NCBI GenBank assembly: GCA_963722605.1
Contig: CAVRNO010000003.1
Span: 632,700-696,699, forward strand
DNA: 64,000 nt
Direction: 5' to 3'
Origin: Candidatus Binataceae bacterium
Lineage (GTDB): Bacteria; Desulfobacterota; Binatia; Binatales; Binataceae
Positions 27,533 through 37,956 of the stretch are shown one piece after another. Each line of letters opens with the position of its first letter. Position 1 is the first letter of the stretch. Below the pieces are notes generated by a model. The model did no database searches and was not told the origin of the DNA. It saw only the letters and a list, made by a program, of their open reading frames with translations. Position numbers and translations under genes: made by a program.

Positions 27533-28423
27533 ATGTTCGACTTGCACAGCTATTTGAAGGAGCGGGCGCAGATTATCGAGCGGGCGCTCGCTCAATGCGT
27601 CGAGCAGCCGGCGGGCGCGGCGGCGCGCCTGCATGAGGCGATGCGCTACTCGCTGCTGGCAGGCGGCAAGCGGCTGCGGCCGGTGCTGGTGCTGGCGTCG
27701 TGCGAGGCGGTCGGCGGGAAAGCCGGGGCGGCGATGGGACTGGCGTGCGCGGTCGAGATGATTCACACCTACTCGCTGATTCACGACGACCTGCCGTGCA
27801 TGGACGACGACGATCTGCGCCGCGGGCGCCCCACCAATCACAAGGTCTATGGCGAAGCGATCGCGACGCTGGCGGGCGACGCGCTGCTGACGGACGCATT
27901 CAAGGTGCTCGCGCGCTCGGCGGACAACAGCGCGCCGGCGGCGCTGGTGCTGGAAACGATCGCGGAGCTTGCCGACGCGGCGGGATCGGGCGGGATGGTT
28001 GCGGGGCAGGTGATCGATCTGCTCGGCGAGGGCAAGTCGAAGACGATCGAGGAGCTCGAAGAACTGCACGGCAAGAAAACCGGGGCGCTGTTCATAGCGT
28101 CGGTTCGCGGCGGCGCGCGCCTGGGCGGCGCGAGCGGGGCGCAAATCGAATCGCTCGACGCATACGCGCGCGCGCTCGGGCTGGCGTTCCAGGTCGTCGA
28201 TGACCTGCTGGACGTTCAAGGCACGGCCGAGCAGATGGGCAAACGCACGCAAAAGGACGTGGAGCGCGGCAAGGCGACCTATCCCGCGATATTGGGAATC
28301 GAGCGCTCGCTCGACCTGGCGCGCGAGCTCGAATCGCGAGCGCATCGCGCAATCGCCGGTTTCGGGCATCGCGCCGACGCGCTGCGGCACATCGCAACCT
28401 TCGTCGTGGAGCGCAAGCTGTGA
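27533..28423 (+). CDS. ispA: Farnesyl/geranylgeranyl diphosphate synthase
   Basis: GGKRLRP, HDDLPCMDDDDLRRGRPT, FQVVDDLLD; alternative GTG start at 27440. Confidence 0.92.
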   Translation: MFDLHSYLKERAQIIERALAQCVEQPAGAAARLHEAMRYSLLAGGKRLRPVLVLASCEAVGGKAGAAMGLACAVEMIHTYSLIHDDLPCMDDDDLRRGRPTNHKVYGEAIATLAGDALLTDAFKVLARSADNSAPAALVLETIAELADAAGSGGMVAGQVIDLLGEGKSKTIEELEELHGKKTGALFIASVRGGARLGGASGAQIESLDAYARALGLAFQVVDDLLDVQGTAEQMGKRTQKDVERGKATYPAILGIERSLDLARELESRAHRAIAGFGHRADALRHIATFVVERKL

Positions 28424-29487
28424 ACGCGGCCGAAGCGTCGGTAGAAATCGCGGGGACGCATTCGCGCCAGGCCGTGCTGGTGGAGCCCGGGCGGCTCGAA
28501 TTGCGCGACTACGTCGTGCCGCATCCGGGGCCGGGCGAATTGCTGATTCAAATCCGCTGCGCGCTGAGTTGCGGCACCGATCTGAAAATGTTTCTGCGCG
28601 GGCATCCGCTATGGACGCTGCCGATTGCCTTCGGGCACGAGTTTTCCGGGGTGGTGGTGGAAGCAGGCGAGGGCGTGACCGCCTTCAAGCCCGGCGACGA
28701 AATAATGGCGGCGCCGACCGCGCCGTGTGGAATCTGTTTTTACTGCCAGCATGGGCAGGAGAATCTTTGCGACGATGCGGTCGGGCGGATGGTGCTCGGC
28801 GCGTACGCGGACATGCTGCTGCTGCCGGCGCACGTCGTCGCGCGCAATACGTTTATCAAACCGGCGTACCTGCCGTTCGAAGAAGCCGCGCTGCTCGAGC
28901 CGCTTTCGTGCGTGGTTCATGCCCAGGAAATGGCGCGTCCCGAAAAGACCGAGACGGTGGCGATCATCGGCGGCGGCGCGTTCACCCTGCTGCACATGAT
29001 GGTGCTGAAGGCTGCGGGCGTGCGCGAGGTGGTGGTCGTGGGGCGAGACGCCCGGCGGCTTAAGTGGGCGCAGGAGAGGGGCGCGGACCGGGTGATCGAC
29101 GCGCGCAGCCCCGACGCGAGCGCTGAAATCGCACGGCTCAACGGCGGCTTCGGCCCCGACCTGGTGATCGAGTGCACGGGGCAGGTCGAGGGATGGCAGG
29201 ATGCGGTGGCGCGGGTGCGGCGCGGAGGGCGGGTAGTATTTTTCGGCGGATGTCCGGCGGGCACGGCGCTCAGGGTCGATACGCGACTGATGCATTACGA
29301 CAATCTGACGTTGATGTCTCCGTTTCATTTTCGGCCGCGCGATGTGCGGCGCGCTTACGAATTGCTGGCGGGGCGCACGCTGAACGCGGGCTCGATCGTC
29401 AACGCGCGAATGCGGCTTGGCGATTTGAGGGAAGTGTTCGCGATGCTCGAGCGAGGCGTGGTTCTGAAATGCGCCGTGATTCCATAG
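28420..29487 (+). CDS. Zinc-dependent (MDR) alcohol dehydrogenase
   Basis: CGTD, GHEFSG, CGICFYC..GQENLC; GTGA overlap with ispA. Confidence 0.9.
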   Translation: MNAAEASVEIAGTHSRQAVLVEPGRLELRDYVVPHPGPGELLIQIRCALSCGTDLKMFLRGHPLWTLPIAFGHEFSGVVVEAGEGVTAFKPGDEIMAAPTAPCGICFYCQHGQENLCDDAVGRMVLGAYADMLLLPAHVVARNTFIKPAYLPFEEAALLEPLSCVVHAQEMARPEKTETVAIIGGGAFTLLHMMVLKAAGVREVVVVGRDARRLKWAQERGADRVIDARSPDASAEIARLNGGFGPDLVIECTGQVEGWQDAVARVRRGGRVVFFGGCPAGTALRVDTRLMHYDNLTLMSPFHFRPRDVRRAYELLAGRTLNAGSIVNARMRLGDLREVFAMLERGVVLKCAVIP

Positions 29488-29553
29488 TGGAATGCGGCGA
29501 GGTTGCGGCGGGTTCCCGCGGGATGCGGACTTCGGTTCAAGCAAGGGTGAATT

Positions 29554-31512
29554 ATGAGTCAGGCCATTGAAATTGGAAGCACGGCGATCGCCATGTCGCC
29601 GCATGACGAGTTCGTCGCGAAGATTGATTACACGGTAGCTCGCGCGCAGCGCGCGCTTATCGCGCTGCAGAAGCCCGAGGGCTACTGGCACGCGCCGCTG
29701 GAGGCGAACGCCGAGATGAACGCGGAGTTCATCATCTTCAGCCATTTTATGGACACGGTCGATCTCGAGGTCGAAGCGCCGCTCAAGAAGCATCTGCTGG
29801 AGACTCAGAGTCCGGACGGGAGCTGGGCGCTTTACCAGGGCGCCGAAGGGCATCTGTCGACGACGATCGAAAGTTATTTCGCGCTGAAGCTCACCGGCAT
29901 GCGCGCGGGTGACGAGCCGATGGCGGCGGCGCGGCGCTGGATCCTGTCCAAGGGCGGGATCGTGAACTGCGGGACGCTGGCGCGCTTCTATCTGGCGGCG
30001 ATGGGGCAGATAACCTGGGAGGCGACGGCTGCGCTGCCGGTGGAACTCTCGCTCTTCCCGAACTGGTTCCCGTTCAACATTTACGAGCTCGGTTCATGGG
30101 CGCGCGGAACGCTGATGGGACTGATGATGCTGCAGGCGGCGCGTCCCGAGAAAAAGATCGATTACCAGCGCGGAGTGCTGGAGCTGTTCATCCAGCCGCC
30201 GCATTTCACCAAGTTCAAACAGCCGCGCGGAAAAAAGTTCCTGTCTCTGCGCAACGCGCTGAACCTCGCCGACCAGGCGCTGCGCTTCTACGATCGGCAC
30301 AAAATCAAATCGCTCCGCGCGCGCGCGCTGCGCGTCACGGAAAACTGGCTGGTCGAGCATCAGGATGCCAACGGCTCGTGGGGCGGAATCGAGCCGTGCT
30401 ACCTGCTGAGCGCGATGGCTCTGAAAGCCAACGGCTACCGCAACGACCATCCGGTGCTGAAGAAAGCGATCGAGGCGTCGCAGGAACTGATTTGGCACTT
30501 CAAAGACTACGACATGTACATGCCGTGCGTGTCGGTCAACTGGGACACGGCGCTCGCGGCTCGGGCGCTGCTGGATTCGGGATTGCCGGGCGACCATCCG
30601 GCGCTGAAGCAGACCTCGCAATGGTTTATCGATCATCAGATTTTCAAGAAGGGCGATTGGTCGGTAAAGCGGCCCGAGCTCGAGCCGGGCGGATGGGCGT
30701 TTCAGTTCTACAACGACTGGTATCCCGACGTGGACGATTCGGCGGTAATTCTGTCGGTGATGGCGGATTCGGCGGCTGATGACGCCGCGGGCAGGGAGCG
30801 CGCGATCCGCGTTGGCGCCAACTGGGTGATGGGAATGCAGTCGAAAGACGGCGGCTTCGCGGCGTTCGACGTTGACAACGATTCAACCTGGCTCAATCAT
30901 TTGCCGCTCGCGGACGTGGAAGCGGTGACGGATCCGTCGTGTCCCGATCTCACCGGAAGGGTGCTCGAGATGATGGGGTCGGTCGGCTATCGCACCGAGC
31001 ATCCGGTGGCGAAGCGCGCGATCGAATGGCTCAAGCGAAATCAGTCGCCGGCGGGCGGATGGTGGGGACGCTGGGGCATCAACTATATCTACGGCACTTT
31101 CTCGGCGCTGTCGGGCTTGCGCGCGATCGGCGTCGATATCAACGAGCCGTGGATCAAGCGGGCGGTCGAGTGGCTCAAGTCCAAGCAGAATCCCGACGGC
31201 GGCTGGGGCGAGAGCCCGCTGTCGGACAAGGATCCCGCGTGGCACGGGCGCGGAACCAGCACGGCGTCGCAGACAGCGTGGGCGCTGATCGGATTGATCG
31301 CGGGCGAGGCGGGAATCAGCGAGCACGCGGTGCGCGGCGCGCAGTGGCTCTCAGAGCGGCAGAACGATGAGGGCGCGTGGGACGAGAGCGAATCGACCGG
31401 CAACGGATTCCCGAATCATTTTTATCTTCGCTACCACATGTACGCGCATTACTTTCCGCTGATGGCGCTTGGGCGGCTGCGCCGGCGGCTGGTGGAGACG
31501 GCGCCGCATTGA
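29554..31512 (+). CDS. shc: Squalene-hopene cyclase
   Basis: YPDVDDSA catalytic motif; QW repeats (QSPDGSW, QDANGSW, QNPDGGW, QNDEGAW). Confidence 0.97.
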   Translation: MSQAIEIGSTAIAMSPHDEFVAKIDYTVARAQRALIALQKPEGYWHAPLEANAEMNAEFIIFSHFMDTVDLEVEAPLKKHLLETQSPDGSWALYQGAEGHLSTTIESYFALKLTGMRAGDEPMAAARRWILSKGGIVNCGTLARFYLAAMGQITWEATAALPVELSLFPNWFPFNIYELGSWARGTLMGLMMLQAARPEKKIDYQRGVLELFIQPPHFTKFKQPRGKKFLSLRNALNLADQALRFYDRHKIKSLRARALRVTENWLVEHQDANGSWGGIEPCYLLSAMALKANGYRNDHPVLKKAIEASQELIWHFKDYDMYMPCVSVNWDTALAARALLDSGLPGDHPALKQTSQWFIDHQIFKKGDWSVKRPELEPGGWAFQFYNDWYPDVDDSAVILSVMADSAADDAAGRERAIRVGANWVMGMQSKDGGFAAFDVDNDSTWLNHLPLADVEAVTDPSCPDLTGRVLEMMGSVGYRTEHPVAKRAIEWLKRNQSPAGGWWGRWGINYIYGTFSALSGLRAIGVDINEPWIKRAVEWLKSKQNPDGGWGESPLSDKDPAWHGRGTSTASQTAWALIGLIAGEAGISEHAVRGAQWLSERQNDEGAWDESESTGNGFPNHFYLRYHMYAHYFPLMALGRLRRRLVETAPH

Positions 31513-31522
31513 GCGCGTCGCG

Positions 31523-32694
31523 ATGAAGGCGATTTCAATTCTGGGCTCGACCGGCTCGGTCGGCGTCACCACGCTGGACGTGGCCGGGCGATTCAGCGAC
31601 CGATTCCGCGTGGTCGCGATGGCGGCGGGACGCAACCTGGATCTGCTGACGGAGCAGGTGAAGCGCTTTCATCCCGAACTGGTCTCGGTGGCGACGCCCG
31701 AACTCGCGCGCGAACTGGCGGCGCGCGTCGGTGCGCAGCGCGTGACGATCGTGCACGGACTCGAAGGCGCGATCGCCGTCGCAACCCATCCCGCGGCGAA
31801 GCTGGTGATGTCGGCGCTGGTCGGCGCGATGGGCTTGCAGCCGACGCTGGCGGCGATCAAGGCCGGCAAGGACATCGCGTTTGCCAACAAGGAAGTGCTG
31901 GTCGTTGCCGGCGCGTTGATCACCGCGGCGGCGCAGCGAGAATCGGCGTGCGGCTGCTGCCGGTGGACAGCGAGCACAACGCGGTTTTTCAATGCCTGGA
32001 AGGACGCGGGCGCGAGTCGTTGAAGCGGATCATTTTGACCGCGTCGGGCGGGCCGTTTCGCGAGCGGGCGGCCGACAGTTTCGAATCGATCACAGTCGAA
32101 CAGGCGCTGAAGCATCCGACCTGGCGCATGGGCAGCAAGGTTACGATCGATTCGGCGACGCTGATGAACAAGGGGCTCGAGGTGATCGAGGCGCGGTGGC
32201 TGTTCGATCTCAAGCCCGCCCAGGTCTCGGTGGTGATTCATCCGCAGAGCGTGATTCATTCGATGGTCGAAATGATCGATGGCTCGGTGATCGCGGAGAT
32301 GGCGATTCCCGACATGGCAATTCCGGTGGCGTACGCGCTCGGCTATCCGGAGCGGCTGCCGATGACGCATCTGAAGCCGCTGTCACTGGCGGAAAATTCG
32401 CGCTTGACGTTTGAAGAACCCGACCTCGGGCGCTTCCCCTGTCTGCGGCTGGCGTACGAGGCGCTGGCTGCCGGGCACACGATGCCGGCGTGCCTCAACG
32501 CCGCCAACGAGGAACTGGTGGCGGGCTTTCTGGCGGGGCGCGTGCGTTTCATCGACATCCCGCGCCATATCGAAACCGTGATGCAACGGCATCACAACTC
32601 GGCGGCGCAAACGATCGAAGATCTGCTGGAGACGGATGGATGGGCGCGAGCCGCGGTGCGCGAACTTATCGGAGCGCGGCCGGTAGCGGCCTGA
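31523..32694 (+). CDS. dxr: 1-deoxy-D-xylulose-5-phosphate reductoisomerase, frameshifted near 31940
   Basis: ILGSTGSVG and ANKE in the first frame; LPVDSEH, TASGGPFR, HPTWRMG.KVTIDSATLMNKGLE, NAANE in the second. Confidence 0.95.
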
Positions 32695-32698
32695 GACG

Positions 32699-33625
32699 AT
32701 GGCACTCGTGGGGGCCAACGTGCAGAGCGAAGGAACCTCGTACGTAGCGAGCGCGGCGCGGGACGCGTCGCCGCCGCCAGGAGCGTTCGACGTGGCGGGC
32801 GCGTACCAGTTCTGCGCTCGGCTGGCAAAATCGCACTACGAAAATTTCACGGTCGCATCGTGGCTGATGCCGCGCGAGATGCGGCCGCATATGTACGCAA
32901 TTTACGCGTACGCGCGGATGGCGGACGACTTTGCCGACGAGCATCACGACCTGGCAATGCTCGACGAATGGGAGCGCGAGCTCGACCTGGCGTACGCCGG
33001 CGCTCCGCGCCATCCGGTATTCGTCGCGCTCGCCGACACGGTGCGCCGCTTCGATATTCCGCGCGAGCCGTTCAAAGATCTTTTGACTGCGTTTCGATCC
33101 GACGTGGACTTCAAGGGCTTCGACACGCTCGACGATCTGCTCGGCTATTCGCGCTACTCGGCGAATCCGGTGGGACGGCTGGTGCTTTACCTGTTCGGCT
33201 ACCGCGACGCCGAACGGCAGCGGCTGTCGGACCTGGTCTGCAGTGGATTGCAGCTCGCCAACTTCTGGCAGGACGTTGCAGTCGATCTCGGCAAGGGACG
33301 GATCTATCTTCCGCGCCGCGACATGGAACGATTCGGGGTCACGCCGGCGGACCTGGCCGCGCACACCTCGTCGCGCGAGTTCGTGGAGTTGATGCGTCAT
33401 GAGGCGGGGGTCGCGCGAGCGATGCTGGTTGAGGGGGGAGAATTGCACAAGCTCGTGGACAAGCGGCTGCGGCGCGACATCGTGATGTTCGCGGGCGGCG
33501 GGCTGGCGATTATCCGCGCGATCGATCGCGTCAACTACGACGTATTCCGGATGCGTCCGGAACTGACGAAGCTCGACTACCTGAAACTCGGATGGAGCGC
33601 GCTGCGTGGACGGCTTGAAGCCTGA
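32699..33625 (+). CDS. hpnC: Hydroxysqualene synthase HpnC
   Basis: SHYENFTVAS, ADDFADE, SANPVGRLVL, LQLANFWQD. Confidence 0.92.
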   Translation: MALVGANVQSEGTSYVASAARDASPPPGAFDVAGAYQFCARLAKSHYENFTVASWLMPREMRPHMYAIYAYARMADDFADEHHDLAMLDEWERELDLAYAGAPRHPVFVALADTVRRFDIPREPFKDLLTAFRSDVDFKGFDTLDDLLGYSRYSANPVGRLVLYLFGYRDAERQRLSDLVCSGLQLANFWQDVAVDLGKGRIYLPRRDMERFGVTPADLAAHTSSREFVELMRHEAGVARAMLVEGGELHKLVDKRLRRDIVMFAGGGLAIIRAIDRVNYDVFRMRPELTKLDYLKLGWSALRGRLEA

Positions 33626-34529
33626 CAGCATCGCCGCCGGGATCGAAGAAGCCGCCGGCCGCGACGGCGCGTCGCTGGACGCCGACTACGCCCGCTGCGC
33701 GCAAATCACGCGCCGCTCGCGGTCGAGCTTTTACTACGCGTTTATCCTGCTGCCGCCCGAGCGGCGCCGGGCGCTGTACGCCGTGTATGCATTCTGCCGA
33801 TTCGTCGACGATATCGCCGACGACGAGGCGATTCGCGAGCCGGCGATGCTGCTGCGCCGGTGGCGCGAGGAACTTGACCGCGCGTACGCGGGCGTGCCGA
33901 CGCGCGCGCTCTTCCGCGCGCTCGCCGACAGCGCGCGGCGATATGCAATCCCGCGGGAGCTGTTCGAGGAGATCATCGCCGGCGTGGAGATGGATCTTTC
34001 GCGCAAGCGCTATCAAACGTTTGAAGAGTTGCGGCCGTACTGCTATCGCGTCGCGTCCGCGCTGGGCCTCATCTGCATCGAGATTTTCGGCTACCGCAAT
34101 CCGTCGGCGAAGTTGTACGCGGAGAATCTCGGGCTGGCGCTCCAGTTGACCAACATTATCCGCGACGTGGGCGAAGACGCCGCGCGCGGGCGCATCTATC
34201 TTCCGCTGGAAGACCTCGCGCGATTCAAGGTGAGCGAGGATGAAATTCTGGCGGGCGTGTACTCGCCCAACTTCGTCAGCCTGATGAACTTCGAGGCAAA
34301 ACGCGCGCAGGAATTTTACGCGAAGGCGCAGAGCGCGCTCGCGCCCGAGGATCGCGCGACGCTGCTGACGGCCGAGGCGATGCGGCTTATCTATGCCGCG
34401 TTGCTCGAGCGGATCATCAGGTCGAACTATCGCGTGCTCGACCGCCGCCACAGCCTGTCCGCGCCGCACAAGCTCTACCTGGTCGGCCGCGCGTGGGCGG
34501 CGGGCCGCTTCGGCGCACTGCACGGATGA
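33606..34529 (+). CDS. hpnD: Presqualene diphosphate synthase HpnD
   Basis: SSFYYAF, VDDIAD, YCYRVAS, LQLTNIIRDVGED. Confidence 0.92.
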   Translation: MDGLKPDSIAAGIEEAAGRDGASLDADYARCAQITRRSRSSFYYAFILLPPERRRALYAVYAFCRFVDDIADDEAIREPAMLLRRWREELDRAYAGVPTRALFRALADSARRYAIPRELFEEIIAGVEMDLSRKRYQTFEELRPYCYRVASALGLICIEIFGYRNPSAKLYAENLGLALQLTNIIRDVGEDAARGRIYLPLEDLARFKVSEDEILAGVYSPNFVSLMNFEAKRAQEFYAKAQSALAPEDRATLLTAEAMRLIYAALLERIIRSNYRVLDRRHSLSAPHKLYLVGRAWAAGRFGALHG

Positions 34530-34563
34530 GGGGGATGCGCGCGGCGAATTAGATGGCATCGGC

Positions 34564-35918
34564 GATGAAACACGCGGTCGTGATCGGCGCGGGCTTCGCG
34601 GGACTCAGCGCAGCGGTCGCGCTCGCCGAGCGCGGCGTGCGGGTCACGGTGCTGGAAGGAAAACCCGCGCTCGGCGGGCGCGCGTATTCGTTCACCGAAC
34701 CGGACACCGGAGATTTCGTCGACAACGGACAGCACGTGCTGATGGGTTGTTACGGCGAGACGCTCGATTTTCTCAAGCGGATCGGCGCTTACGACCAGTT
34801 GGTGTTTCACGAAGATTTGGAAATCGAAATGCTCGCGGGTCCCGGCCGCAGTGCGATCCTGAAAACGGCGCGGCTGCCCGGACCTCTGCACATGACGGCG
34901 GCGTTGCTCGGCTACCGGCATCTGAGCATCGCGGAGCGGATCGCGGTCATGCGCGGCGGACTGCGCATGCTCGCGATGAGGCGGTTCGGCGGCGGCGAGT
35001 TGCGCCGCCTCACCGTCGCGCAGCTGATGGATCGTATCGGGCAATCAGAGCACGCGCGCCGGTGCTTCTGGTATCCGATGTCGATCGCGACGCTGAACGA
35101 CGAGCCGCAATCGTCGTCGGCGCAGTTGTTGGCCGAGGTCCTCAAGCGGGCGTTCTTTTCGCGCCGCCGCGACTCGGCGTTCGTTTATTCGCGCGTCGGG
35201 CTGAGCGACCTGTACTGCACGGGCGCGCAGCGAGTGATCGAGCGGGGCGGCGGGCAGGGTGGTCTCCCGTTCGATCGTGGAGATGCTGGAATTCGGCGCT
35301 CGAGGCCATGTCGCAAGCGTGCGGCTGCGCGACGGACAGCGAATCGAGGCGTCGGACTTCATCAGCGCGGTGCCGGCGCCCCAGTTGCTGCGGTTCCTGC
35401 CCGAAAACGCGGTTGCCGATCCATTTTTCTCGCGCTTCACGGGTCTTTCGAGCTCGCCGATCATCTGCGTGCACGTATGGCTCGATCGCGAAGTGACTAA
35501 TTCACCGTTCATCGGGTTTATCGGCACTACTACTCAATGGCTATTCAACAAGCGTCGAATTTTCGCGCAGCGCGGCGAGGCGCATCCGGGCTACCTGAGC
35601 TTCGTGATCAGCGGCGCGCGAAAGCTGGTCGATCGCAGCAACCAGGAAATCCTGGATATCGTGATTAACGATCTCCACGCGATGATTCCCGCGTCGCGCG
35701 GAGCCGGAGTCGTGAAGTCGCTGGTGCTCAAGGAGAAAAACGCCACGATGGCGCCGAACCTGCGGTCGCATGAGCTGCGTCCGACGGCGAAAACGCCAAT
35801 CGCGAACTTCTTCCTGGCCGGTGACTGGATACAAACCGGGCTGCCCGCGACGATTGAGAGCGCGGTGATTTCAGGGCGGGCTGCAGCCGCCGCAGTCTGC
35901 GGGCGAAATGCTGAATAG
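34564..35918 (+). CDS. hpnE: Hydroxysqualene dehydroxylase HpnE, frameshifted near 35255
   Basis: GAGFAGL, GGRAYSF, DNGQHVLMGCY; second frame ends LAGDWIQTGLPATIESAVISG. Confidence 0.92.
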
Positions 35919-35925
35919 CTATTGA

Positions 35926-36939
35926 GTGAATCCGATGACTACTAAGTTAGCGCTGGTGACGGGCGGCAACGGATTCGTGGGATGCCACGTCGTCCGCGCG
36001 CTCCTTGCCCGCGGCGATCGCGTGCGGGTGATGGCGCGCGAGAACGCGGATTTGAGCGCGCTGGTCGGCCTGCCGGTCGAGATCGTGCGCGGCGATCTGC
36101 GGCGCTTCGATTCCGTCGAGCGCGCGGTCAATGGGTGCGACGAGGTTTATCACGTAGCCGCCGATTACCGGCTGTGGCTGACCGATCCGGCGCCGATGTA
36201 TGCGACCAACGTCGGGGGTACGCAGCATGTTATCCGGGCCGCGGCGAACGCCGGTGTTTCGCGAATCGTTCACACTAGCACGGTGGGGGCGCTGGGAATT
36301 CCGCACGGCGGGGTGGGGCGCGAAGAGACGCCGTCGTCGCTCGCCGAAATGACGGGACATTATAAGAGATCCAAGTACATGGCGGAGCAGGCGGCGCTGG
36401 AAGCGGCCCGCGCGGGCGTGCCGGTGGTGATCGTGAATCCATCGACGCCGATCGGCGCGCTCGACTTGAAGCCGACTCCGACCGGCCGAATCATCGTGGA
36501 CTTCCTGAATCGGCGGATGCCGGCGTACATGGAGACCGGCCTCAACATCGTCGATGTCGAAAATGTCGCACGCGGCCATCTGCTGGCGGCGGAGCGCGGC
36601 CGAATCGGCGAGAAGTACATTCTCGGCGGTGAAAATCTCACGCTGAAGGAATTTCTCGGGCGGCTCGCCATGATTTCCGGGCTGCCCGCGCCCAAGGTGA
36701 GGATTCCGTACGCGGTCGCGCTGGGGTATGCGCTCGGCGCCGAAGCGTTTGCGCGCACCGTCACACGCCGGGCGCCGCGGGCCAGCCTGACCGAGGTGCG
36801 GATGGCGCGAAAGCGGATGTTCTTCGACTCGTCGAAGGCGCGCGCAGAGTTGGGCTATTCGCCGGGGCCGATCGATGCGGCGCTGGCGTCAGCGATAGAA
36901 TTCTTCAGATCCAAAGGGACGGCCAAGAGCGCCGCGTAA
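35926..36939 (+). CDS. hpnA: Hopanoid-associated sugar epimerase HpnA
   Basis: TGGNGFVG, HVAADYRLW, YKRSK, VNPSTPIG..D.KPTPTG. Confidence 0.9.
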   Translation: MNPMTTKLALVTGGNGFVGCHVVRALLARGDRVRVMARENADLSALVGLPVEIVRGDLRRFDSVERAVNGCDEVYHVAADYRLWLTDPAPMYATNVGGTQHVIRAAANAGVSRIVHTSTVGALGIPHGGVGREETPSSLAEMTGHYKRSKYMAEQAALEAARAGVPVVIVNPSTPIGALDLKPTPTGRIIVDFLNRRMPAYMETGLNIVDVENVARGHLLAAERGRIGEKYILGGENLTLKEFLGRLAMISGLPAPKVRIPYAVALGYALGAEAFARTVTRRAPRASLTEVRMARKRMFFDSSKARAELGYSPGPIDAALASAIEFFRSKGTAKSAA

Positions 36940-36947
36940 GCCACGCC

Positions 36948-37874
36948 ATGCATTTACTACTGTCCACGATCGCGCTGCGCCCGTACGTGTTCATCTTTCT
37001 GGTGAGTTTTTTGTGTATTGCGATCGTGAACTTCGGCCTGCGCACGACGGCCTTGTTTACGCTCCTGACCTACGCCGCCTCGCTGGCGTGCGAGTGGTCT
37101 TCAATCCACAACGGATTCCCGTTCGGGCTGTATCACTATATCGACGCGACCCGCGGGCGCGAGCTTTGGGTGTTCGGCGTACCGTTCATGGATTCGCTGT
37201 CGTTCACGTTCCTGGCTTTCGCCAGCTATACGGTCGCGCTGTTGCTCAGTTCGCCGTTGTATCGGCGGGGCGCGGATATCCGGATTCTCGACACGTGGCA
37301 AATTCGCCTTGCGCCGCGGGTATGGCTGATGGCGGCGCTGTTCATGGTGATGGTGGACCTGGTGGTCGATCCGCTGAGCGTGCTCGGCGACCGATGGTTC
37401 CTCGGCAAAATTTTCTGGTACGATCGGCCGGGTCCGCACTTCGGCGTGCCGATCAGCAACTACCTGGGATGGTATTTCGTCGCCGCGATCACGATTGCGA
37501 TTTTCCAGTGGCTCGACGCGGCGTTTAATCGCGGCCCGGAGAAGCCGGCGCGTTCGCTTCCCGCGATGCGTTCGCGCGCGTTGCTGGGTCCGGCGCTCTA
37601 TGCGGGGATCGTGATCTTCGGAATCACGATGCTGTTCCGAATCAAGGAGCCGGAAATCGGATGGGCTGCCGTGTTCATCTACCTGCCCTTCACGGTCCTG
37701 GCGATTCATATTCTGACCCGCCGCGAATCCTGGGGCGACCAGGCGGCGATCGAGCGCCATCTTGCAGACTTTCCCTACGAGCGCGATCTTCCCGTCTGGA
37801 AGCCGGCGAGCGCGCGCACCCGCGAGCCGCACCTGCGCATCGCGCGCACAGACCACCGCCGGCGAGGCGCTTGA
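36948..37874 (+). CDS. CruF/DUF422-like (carotenoid hydratase family) membrane protein
   Basis: E..SIHNGFPFGLYHY, FGVP, DLVVDP, GVPISNYLGW; multiple TMs. Confidence 0.8.
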   Translation: MHLLLSTIALRPYVFIFLVSFLCIAIVNFGLRTTALFTLLTYAASLACEWSSIHNGFPFGLYHYIDATRGRELWVFGVPFMDSLSFTFLAFASYTVALLLSSPLYRRGADIRILDTWQIRLAPRVWLMAALFMVMVDLVVDPLSVLGDRWFLGKIFWYDRPGPHFGVPISNYLGWYFVAAITIAIFQWLDAAFNRGPEKPARSLPAMRSRALLGPALYAGIVIFGITMLFRIKEPEIGWAAVFIYLPFTVLAIHILTRRESWGDQAAIERHLADFPYERDLPVWKPASARTREPHLRIARTDHRRRGA

Positions 37875-37956
37875 TCGCGACGCGCTTCCAAATCTTCGGC
37901 GAGTGTGGCAAGCGTCGGGCTTCCAGCTGCGACGCGGTAACCAGAGGTGACTTGGC

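Noticed and set aside
31523-35918. dxr and hpnE as true pseudogenes (dead hopanoid pathway)
   Set aside because: Each has a single indel with all motifs intact, matching the window-wide indel pattern.
32699-37874. Carotenoid biosynthesis cluster (crtB/crtI/cruF)
   Set aside because: The synthases and flavoprotein carry HpnC/D/E signatures and sit with shc and hpnH; no carotenoid desaturase or cyclase is present.
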